The translations under genes were made by a program, and so were the position numbers. Under the pieces are notes generated by a model, which saw only the letters and a program-made list of their open reading frames with translations, was not told the DNA's origin and searched no databases. A stretch of 63,844 nt of DNA, filler included, from Nemertoderma westbladi (Eukaryota > Animalia > Xenacoelomorpha), in assembly GCA_032718475.1 (NCBI GenBank). It is 4 parts of 4 records of this genome, joined end to end, with 100 filler letters (N's around TTAATTAATTAA, not from the genome) between each part and the next. Parts side by side here need not be neighbours in the genome. Positions count along the whole stretch, not along the records: positions 1 to 20,538 come from JAUCBJ010002098.1; 3 more parts are not named here. One strand, given 5' to 3'. Below are positions 1-10,500 of the stretch, piece after piece. The number at the start of each line of letters is the position of its first letter. The stretch's first letter is position 1.

Positions 1-528
1 GGGGGTCGAAGACACGGGTGGTGTGCATTCTAAAGGGAAGAGCGAGCGGACCCAATAATACTCGGCTACTACAGTAAAGCAGTCCTAATTGGTACGGCCG
101 GAAATTAGATTAGAAATCATTTAATTTGTTTTCAATACATTTAATATATTAACTGGCATTAATAGAGTTTGTAGTAGAAATGTCACAGCAAGAGACAGGG
201 GGGGGGGGGGGGGGGGGGGGGGAACTGGACGCAAATCTAACCTTGGCGAATTAATATCCCGCCTCAATGTTAAATTATCAATTTAGGGAAAGGAGCAGGT
301 TACAGTGGCACGTTATTTTAACCAAAACAATAAACTAAACACAATAGAATAGGTTACAGTTTTATTTTTGAGAGTAATCAGCCTTTATTTGCGTCGCATT
401 TCTCCTTGATGGAGAGGGATAAATTTTTATTGCGTCCAGTTTCCCCCCTTATCTGCACAGCAATTACCCGGTTCAGGACTAGGTAACACAATAACACACT
501 AATAGCCACAGCCGCGCCGCGGTGTTAC

Positions 529-637
529 CTGAAAGCATTCGCATCCGTTAATAGAACTAGCTAGTCGAGTCAAACTCTGTTTCCCTGTTCCTCCAACACC
601 GACCAGCAATGCGTTCCCGCGATCCTGGCGAAGTATC
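529..637 (-). CDS. DNAH6: Dynein exon ([27 protein letters not shown]...CFQ)
   Basis: tttgtttttcag acceptor, CAG|GTAACA donor; AAA4 Walker A. Confidence 0.88.
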
Positions 638-1505
638 CTGAAAAACAAATGAAACAAAATCATTAATGAGCGATTTATTAAATAGTTAATTGGCGATAAT
701 AATAACATTATGTACACCCCCTGGCGGGGTGAATGGGAAACACAGACAGACAAATATTAGGAAGCGATATATAAATCTCGGATCTCTTGCGATGGGTGTC
801 AGAAGGATATGTTTTGATATTACGTTTGTAAGACAAATATAAGGGATTATTACTCTATAGTTATCGGGGTAATTGACATCTCATATTGTTTTTCTATAAT
901 TCTTTCATTTTAGAGTGACGGTATCCTGTCGTCTAGTTCGAGACATGGAGAAGGTTGATAATCGGTAGAATGAGAGGAATTCTTTAGGAAGTTTTGGGAG
1001 TAATTCGCTTGTTGTTATGACCAATCTGGAGAGTCTTATCAATCTACAATGTTATTTCTTTCAAATATAATATTTGAAAAAAAAAAAAAAGGAAAAAAAT
1101 CTACGATTCTCGAAAATTATCAATAATTTGTTATGTATTTTTAATAAACTGAGATTTATAGAACTTGATAATTAAATATTAATTAAGGTAAATTATTCGG
1201 TATAATGAACCACCTGGCTATTCGAGAGATGTGCTCTATGGCGTCCAAGAATAACACAAGTCGCATCTCTTTACTGGAGCTCATATTGTATTCGTCGAGG
1301 TAGTCCTCAAGCACGTTGCGAGCCTTAACCAAGTCCGTGATGTGTTCGTATGATTTTTCCGAAGGTTCGGCGCCCAATTTCATAAAATCGCCGAAAACTG
1401 AAAATATAAATATAGAAGGCCAGTACTGTATGTGTCTTATTTTATATTTTATTATATTATTACGATTCACAGAATTGTTACGTGCGGCATGTAAACTATG
1501 AATTA

Positions 1506-1536
<31 letters not shown>

Positions 1537-4500
1537 ATTATCTTTATTTTTTTTATGATTAAACTTGAAGCTTAAAGGGTGGCAACTTAATCATGTGTAT
1601 CGTAATACACATTATTAAAACATGATTCTACTGTATGCCGAAAGATGGCGCCCCAATTTTGACTAATTTTAGGTTAGATAATTAGATAAGTGTGTATTTT
1701 TAGGTAAGATTTATAAAAGATGTCTGACATTTTTATGTTAAGTACAGAACTATAGTGACACTATACAGAAACTTATAATGTCTAAACAAAATCAGAGATG
1801 ATCGGGATTTCATCCATCGGGATCGGAAGTCCCACTTCTTGATTTCGGAATTGGGATTTCAATCCAAGAATTATTAATGTATTTAATTACCAATAGGCGA
1901 GGTTATGAAACTCTCTGGCTCGAGGCTCGTAGCAAAATGTTTGCTGGCCATGTCTGACATAATGTTATGGAAGAATGTCTTGTCGACGCTGTTGATCAAT
2001 CGATCGTGGAAAACCCGTTGGCATTCGTGTATGAAGAGGAAGAGAATGTGTTTGGCCTCTCGGATGATGGCGGGGTCAGCTTGAAGGATTCCCTAATTAA
2101 TTAATTATCACAAGATTAGATTTTAGGAAAATAAATGTAACACAATTTTTCATAATTAATTTTTATACCATGAATTTACTTTATTTGTACAATAAAGTGT
2201 ATATTTTAAGTCAATCAAGCCGTTATTTTGCACCAATTAAAGACCATAATATTTCAGTAAAATAAAGTTCATATTATTATATTATAATAAAGTCTTTATT
2301 ATAAGTCAAATATTAAATACAATAAATTGAGTCCACGAATTTTCAAATTAATTAGACGAAATTCTAATAAGTTTATAATGGAGTTACCGAATTATCGCAT
2401 CCTACCTGCACACATTTGCTCAGATCCCTGAGATTGAATACGTAATGGCTCTTAGCTGGAGTTGGCAGCAGATCCGAACTCATTCGGCCGTAGAGTTCAA
2501 CCGCCGCAGATACTATAGACTCTGAGCACTGCTTGACTGGGGCGTTAAAATCCTGAGGAAAGAAAATAATAATCTGTAAGGCATGGGAGGCTCCACTTTA
2601 ACACCCAAGCTTGGACTTACCAGTCATACAACATTGTTCTTAACTGTCCAGGCACGAGAGGGGACTGGGTGAGCTCCCATAATGAACGCATCACCATTTA
2701 GTGTATTCTAGAATGCAAATATTAAAAAGGTAGAATGATTAAATAAAATATTCTAGATTTAGTAAATTTGACTCACCATTAGAAACCCGTTAATTATCGA
2801 GGTAAATATCATTTTCAAGCTCACTTCCGACGGTGGCGGTATGCACAACATCGAAAAATGCCGCAGAAATCTAAAAAAAAACGAGTTATGATTAAAAGAC
2901 TCAAATAACAATAAATAGACACACATATTGTACCACTTAAGAAAACAACTTACAGATTGAACCTTAAAAACTAAATCATCAGACATTAAAATAGGCGAAA
3001 ATACTTTAACAGGACATTTTATATAAAAAATTACTCAATACGTGGGTGGGGGGGGGGGGGGGGTGGGGCGTGTGGTTGCACGTAACTAACTGAAATACTA
3101 ACCGAGGAGTTACTGGGTTCCGCCCACCTCCAGGGGGTGCACAAGCTGCTGCCATGGTAACATCCTGAATTTCTTTCCAGAACAATTTATCCCGATCATA
3201 GAAACCACCGAAATCCTAAAAAAATTTGAAAGTATAATTTTTATTTGTTAATTTGTTAATTATTTGAATGTTTATTTGGTTGTAATGTTACATAATGACA
3301 TAATGCACCACAACCCGGCCTACTTGCCTCAGTACAGCTGTAACCCGTACCCAACACTTACCTGATATTGCCTCAGTAACTCGATAGGATGGCTGGGCTC
3401 CGTATCCAACACTTACCTGATATTGCCTCAGTAACTCGATGGGTGGCTGGGCTCCGTATCCAACACTTACCTGACATTGCCTCAGTAACTCGATGGGTCG
3501 CTGAGCTCCGTATCCAACACGTACCTGATATTGCCTCAGCATTAACTCGATGGGTCGCTGAGCTCCGTATCCAACACTTACCTGATATTGCCTCAGTAAC
3601 TCGATGGGTGGCTGGGCTCCGTACCCAACACTTACCTGATATTGCCTCAGCAACTCGATGGGTCGCTGAGCTCCGTATCCAACACTTACCTGATATTGCC
3701 TCAGCAACTCGATGGGTCGCTGGGCTCCGTATCCAACACTTACCTGATATTGCCTCAGTAACTCGATGGGTGGCTGGGCTCCGTATCCAACACTTACCTG
3801 ATATTGCCTCAGCAACTCGATGGGTCGCTGAGCTCCGTATCCAACACTTACCTGATATTGCCTCAGTAACTCGATGGGTGGCTGGGCTCCGTATCCAACA
3901 CTTACCTGATATTGCCTCAGTAACTCTATGGGTCGCTGAGCTCCGTATCCAACACTTACCTGACATTGCCTCAGTAACTCGATGGGTGGCTGAGCTCCGT
4001 ATCCAACACTTACCTGATATTGCCTCAGCAACTCGATGGGTCGCTGAGCTCCGTATCCAACACTTACCTGATATTGCCTCAGTAACTCGATGGGTGGCTG
4101 GGCTCCGTATCCAACACTTACCTGATATTGCCTCAGCAACTCGATGGGTCGCTGAGCTCCGTATCCAACACTTACCTGATATTGCCTCAGTAACTCGATG
4201 GGTGGCTGGGCTCCGTATCCAACACTTACCGGATATTGCGTCAGTAACTCTATGGGTCGCTGAGCTCCGTATCCAACACTTACCTGATATTGCCTCAGCA
4301 ACTCGATGGGTCGCTGAGCTCCGTATCCAACACTTACCTGACATTGCCTCAGTAACTCGATGGGTGGCTGGGCTCCGTATCTAACACTTACCTGACATTG
4401 CCTCAGTAACTCGATGGGTGGCTGGGCTCCGTATCCAACACTTACCTGATATTGCCTCAGTAACTCTATGGGTCGCTGAGCTCCGTATCCAACACTTACC

Positions 4501-7500
4501 TGATATTGCCTCGCAGTAACTCGATGGGTCGCTGAGCTCCGTATCCAACACTTACCTGATATTGCCTCAGTAACTCGATGGGTGGCTGGGCTCCGTACCC
4601 AACACTTACCTGATATTGCCTCAGTAACTCGACGGGTGGCTGAGCTCCGTATCCAACACTTACCTGATATTGCCTCAGCAACTCGATGGGTCGCTGAGCT
4701 CCGTATCCAACACTTACCTGATATTGCCTCAGTAACTCGATGGGTGGCTGGGCTCCGTATCTAACACTTACCTGATATTGCCTCAGTAACTCGATGGGTG
4801 GCTGGGCTCCGTATCCAACACTTACCTGATATTGCCTCAGTAACTCGATGGGTGGCTGAGCTCCGTATCCAACACTTACCTGATATTGCCTCAGTAACTC
4901 GATGGATGTCTGGGCTCCGTATCCAACACTTACCTGATATTGCCTCAGTAACTCGATGGGTGGCTGGGCTCCGTATCCAACACTTACCTGATATTGCCTC
5001 AGTAACTCGATGGATGTCTGGGCTCCGTATCCAACACTTACCTGATATTGCCTCAGTAACTCGATGGGTGGCTGGGCTCCGTATCCAACACTTACCTGAT
5101 ATTGCCTCAGTAACTCTATGGGTCGCTGAGCTCCGTATCCAACACTTACCTGACATTGCCTCGCATTAACTCGATGGGTCGCTGAGCTCCGTATCCAACA
5201 CTTACCTGATATTGCCTCAGTAACTCGATGGGTGGCTGGGCTCCGTACCCAACACTTACCTGATATTGCCTCAGTAACTCTATGGGTAGCAGAGATCCGT
5301 ATCCAACACTTACCTGATATTGCCTCAGTAACTCGATGGGTGGCTGGGCTCCGTATCCAACACTTACCTGATATTGCCTCAGTAACTCGATGGATGTCTG
5401 GGCTCCGTATCCAACACTTACCTGATATTGCCTCAGTAACTCTATGGGTCGCTGAGCTCCGTATCCAACACTTACCTGATATTGCCTCGCATTAACTCGA
5501 TGGGTCGCTGAGCTCCGTATCCAACACTTACCTGATATTGCCTCGCATTAACTCGATGGGTCGCTGAGCTCCGTATCCAACACTTACCTGATATTGCCTC
5601 AGTAACTCGATGGGTGGCTGGGCTCCGTACCCAACACTTACCTGATATTGCCTCAGTAACTCTATGGGTAGCAGAGCTCCGTATCCAACACTTACCTGAT
5701 ATTGCCTCAGTAACTCGATGGGTGGCTGGGCTCCGTATCCAACACTTACCTGATATTGCCTCAGTAACTCTATGGGTCGCTGAGCTCCGTATCCAACACT
5801 TACCTGACATTGCCTCAGTAACTCGATGGGTGGCTGAGCTCCGTATCCAACACTTACCTGATATTGCCTCAGCAACTCGATGGGTCGCTGAGCTCCGTAT
5901 CCAACACTTACCTGATATTGCCTCAGTAACTCGATGGGTGGCTGAGCTCCGTATCCAACACTTACCTGATATTGCCTCAGCAACTCGATGGGTCGCTGAG
6001 CTCCGTATCCAACACTTACCTGATATTGCCTCAGTAACTCGATGGGTGGCTGGGCTCCGTATCCAACACTTACCGGATATTGCGTCAGTAACTCTATGGG
6101 TCGCTGAGCTCCGTATCCAACACTTACCTGATATTGCCTCAGCAACTCGATGGGTCGCTGAGCTCCGTATCCAACACTTACCTGACATTGCCTCAGTAAC
6201 TCGATGGGTGGCTGGGCTCCGTATCTAACACTTACCTGACATTGCCTCAGTAACTCGATGGGTGGCTGGGCTCCGTATCCAACACTTACCTGATATTGCC
6301 TCAGTAACTCTATGGGTCGCTGAGCTCCGTATCCAACACTTACCTGATATTGCCTCGCAGTAACTCGATGGGTCGCTGAGCTCCGTATCCAACACTTACC
6401 TGATATTGCCTCAGTAACTCGATGGGTGGCTGGGCTCCGTACCCAACACTTACCTGATATTGCCTCAGTAACTCGATGGGTGGCTGAGCTCCGTATCCAA
6501 CACTTACCTGATATTGCCTCAGCAACTCGATGGGTCGCTGAGCTCCGTATCCAACACTTACCTGATATTGCCTCAGTAACTCGATGGGTGGCTGGGCTCC
6601 GTATCTAACACTTACCTGATATTGCCTCAGTAACTCGATGGGTGGCTGGGCTCCGTATCCAACACTTACCTGATATTGCCTCAGTAACTCGATGGGTGGC
6701 TGGGCTCCGTATCCAACACTTACCTGATATTGCCTCAGTAACTCTATGGGTCGCTGAGCTCCGTATCCAACACTTACCTGATATTGCCTCGCATTAACTC
6801 GATGGGTCGCTGAGCTCCGTATCCAACACTTACCTGATATTGCCTCAGTAACTCGATGGGTGGCTGGGCTCCGTACCCAACACTTACCTGATATTGCCTC
6901 AGTAACTCTATGGGTAGCAGAGCTCCGTATCCAACACTTACCTGATATTGCCTCAGTAACTCGATGGGTGGCTGGGCTCCGTATCCAACACTTACCTGAT
7001 ATTGCCTCAGTAACTCGATGGGTGTCTGGGCTCCGTATCCAACACTTACCTGATATTGCCTCAGTAACTCTATGGGTCGCTGAGCTCCGTATCCAACACT
7101 TACCTGATATTGCCTCGCATTAACTCGATGGGTCGCTGAGCTCCGTATCCAACACTTACCTGATATTGCCTCGCATTAACTCGATGGGTCGCTGAGCTCC
7201 GTATCCAACACTTACCTGATATTGCCTCAGTAACTCGATGGGTGGCTGGGCTCCGTACCCAACACTTACCTGATATTGCCTCAGTAACTCTATGGGTAGC
7301 AGAGCTCCGTATCCAACACTTACCTGATATTGCCTCAGTAACTCGATGGGTGGCTGGGCTCCGTATCCAACACTTACCTGATATTGCCTCAGTAACTCGA
7401 TGGGTGTCTGGGCTCCGTATCCAACACTTACCTGATATTGCCTCAGTAACTCTATGGGTCGCTGAGCTCCGTATCCAACACTTACCTGATATTGCCTCGC

Positions 7501-10500
7501 ATTAACTCGATGGGTCGCTGAGCTCCGTATCCAACACTTACCTGATATTGCCTCAGTAACTCGATGGGTGGCTGGGCTCCGTACCCAACACTTACCTGAT
7601 ATTGCCTCAGTAACTCGATGGGTGGCTGGGCTCCGTATCCAACACTTACCTGATATTGTCTCAGTAACTCGATGGGTGGCTGGGCTCCGTATCCAACACT
7701 TACCTGATATTGCCTCAGCAACTCGATGGGTCGCTGAGCTCCGTATCCAACACTTACCTGATATTGCCTCAGCAACTCGATGGGTCGCTGAGGTCCGTAT
7801 CTAACACTTACCTGATATTGCCTCAGTAACTCGATGGGTGGCTGGGCTCCGTACCCAACACTTACCTGATATTGCCTCAGTAACTCGATGGGTGGCTGGG
7901 CTCCGTATCCAACACCTACCTGATATTGCCTCAGTAACTCGATGGGTGGCTGGGCTCCGTATCCAACACTTACCTGATATTGTCTCAGTAACTCGATGGG
8001 TGGCTGGGCTCCGTATCCAACACTTACCTGATATTGCCTCAGCAACTCGATGGGTCGCTGAGCTCCGTATCCAACACTTACCTGATATTGCCTCAGCAAC
8101 TCGATGGGTCGCTGAGGTCCGTATCTAACACTTACCTGATATTGCCTCGCATTAACTCGATGGGTCGCTGAGCTCCGTATCCAACACTTACCTGATATTG
8201 CCTCGCATTAACTCGATGGGTCGCTGAGCTCCGTATCCAACACTTACCTGATATTGCCTCAGTAACTCGATGGGTGGCTGGGCTCCGTACCCAACACTTA
8301 CCTGATATTGCCTCAGTAACTCTATGGGTAGCAGAGCTCCGTATCCAACACTTACCTGATATTGCCTCAGTAACTCGATGGGTGGCTGGGCTCCGTATCC
8401 AACACTTACCTGATATTGCCTCAGTAACTCGATGGGTGTCTGGGCTCCGTATCCAACACTTACCTGATATTGCCTCAGTAACTCTATGGGTCGCTGAGCT
8501 CCGTATCCAACACTTACCTGATATTGCCTCGCATTAACTCGATGGGTCGCTGAGCTCCGTATCCAACACTTACCTGATATTGCCTCAGTAACTCGATGGG
8601 TGGCTGGGCTCCGTACCCAACACTTACCTGATATTGCCTCAGTAACTCTATGGGTAGCAGAGCTCCGTATCCAACACTTACCTGATATTGCCTCAGTAAC
8701 TCGATGGGTGGCTGGGCTCCGTATCCAACACTTACCTGATATTGCCTCAGTAACTCGATGGGTGTCTGGGCTCCGTATCCAACACTTACCTGATATTGCC
8801 TCAGTAACTCTATGGGTCGCTGAGCTCCGTATCCAACACTTACCTGATATTGCCTCGCATTAACTCGATGGGTCGCTGAGCTCCGTATCCAACACTTACC
8901 TGATATTGCCTCAGTAACTCGATGGGTGGCTGGGCTCCGTACCCAACACTTACCTGATATTGCCTCAGTAACTCGATGGGTGGCTGGGCTCCGTATCCAA
9001 CACTTACCTGATATTGTCTCAGTAACTCGATGGGTGGCTGGGCTCCGTATCCAACACTTACCTGATATTGCCTCAGCAACTCGATGGGTCGCTGAGCTCC
9101 GTATCCAACACTTACCTGATATTGCCTCAGCAACTCGATGGGTCGCTGAGGTCCGTATCTAACACTTACCTGATATTGCCTCAGTAACTCGATGGGTGGC
9201 TGGGCTCCGTACCCAACACTTACCTGATATTGCCTCAGTAACTCGATGGGTGGCTGGGCTCCGTATCCAACACCTACCTGATATTGCCTCAGCAACTCGA
9301 TGGGTCGCTGAGTTCCGTATCCAACACTTACCTGATATTGCCTCAGTAACTCGATGGGTGGCTGGGCTCCGTATCCAACACTTACCTGATATTGTCTCAG
9401 CAACTCGATGGGTGGCTGAGCTCCGTAACGATCTTGCTTTGGCATATTCAGATCGTCTATCAATATAATCACGCGTTTACCCACCGGGGCTCCAAATATT
9501 GTTTTTCTTTTCTTTTCCAATTTTCCTGCGAATAAACATAATTACTTATTTTATTTGACAAACAAATTAAATAAAACCGCCTCAAATAAAATACAACTAC
9601 CGGTATGAAAGAATAATGGTTACCGGTATATGTTAAAAGACAGATCAGGTCAAATCTAACATACCGGGTTGGAAGTCTGACGTTCTAAGCATTCCGCTAG
9701 CTAGCTAGGTAAAAGATAGACCAGGAAATGCTACCTGATACCATCTGCCAATGCTATCATATGCTGCCACTGTGCTCAACCATGCAGCACAGCTCACCCA
9801 TAACACAATAAATTATAAAGATAAAAGACCTATCGATGCACAAAATAGCCCCCCTCCCCCCTCAAAAATACAAAATCCCCTCACCCTCCCCACCCCTACC
9901 CCCCACCCCTTAAGGGTGAGAACGTCTTATGAGATCTCTTATGACAGCGTCCGCTCTCATATTAGAGTATAGCTCTAAACTCAAAACACAAATACTTAGA
10001 GCAATTTACCTTCAATCATCTCCTGAGTTCGTGCGGAACTCGTCTGCGCCGAGAAGTTTATGAAGACCGGAGAGTAATTGTTCTTCTCAGCGATTCCTTC
10101 CAATAGCCCCTTCGCAATAACTGATTTACCGACACCTGTAAATAAAAATATTACGTTTACGTAATGTCTTTATTACAACTGAGATCAGGTTTGTTGGTCA
10201 GGACTCTACAATAATGTAAATAATCATGAAATCCTGTGAGAGAACATACGAAATATCCGAATCTGTCTCTCCCGATGTAAAGAACATTGACTCACCATTA
10301 CTTCCGGTATAGATAGAGTAGATTGACTCACCATTACTTCCGGTAAAGAGTACATTGACTCACCAGTACTTCCGGTAAAGAGTACATTGACGCACCTGCA
10401 CTTCCGGTATAGAGTACATTAACTCACCTCTACTTCCGGTGTTGAGTACATTGACTCACCAGTACTTCCGGTGTAAAGAACACTGTGTTTCATCCCGATG

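Noticed and set aside
3288-9468. Dozens of long ORFs on both strands
   Set aside because: Translations of the 54-bp array; only 9386-9525 is a supported exon.
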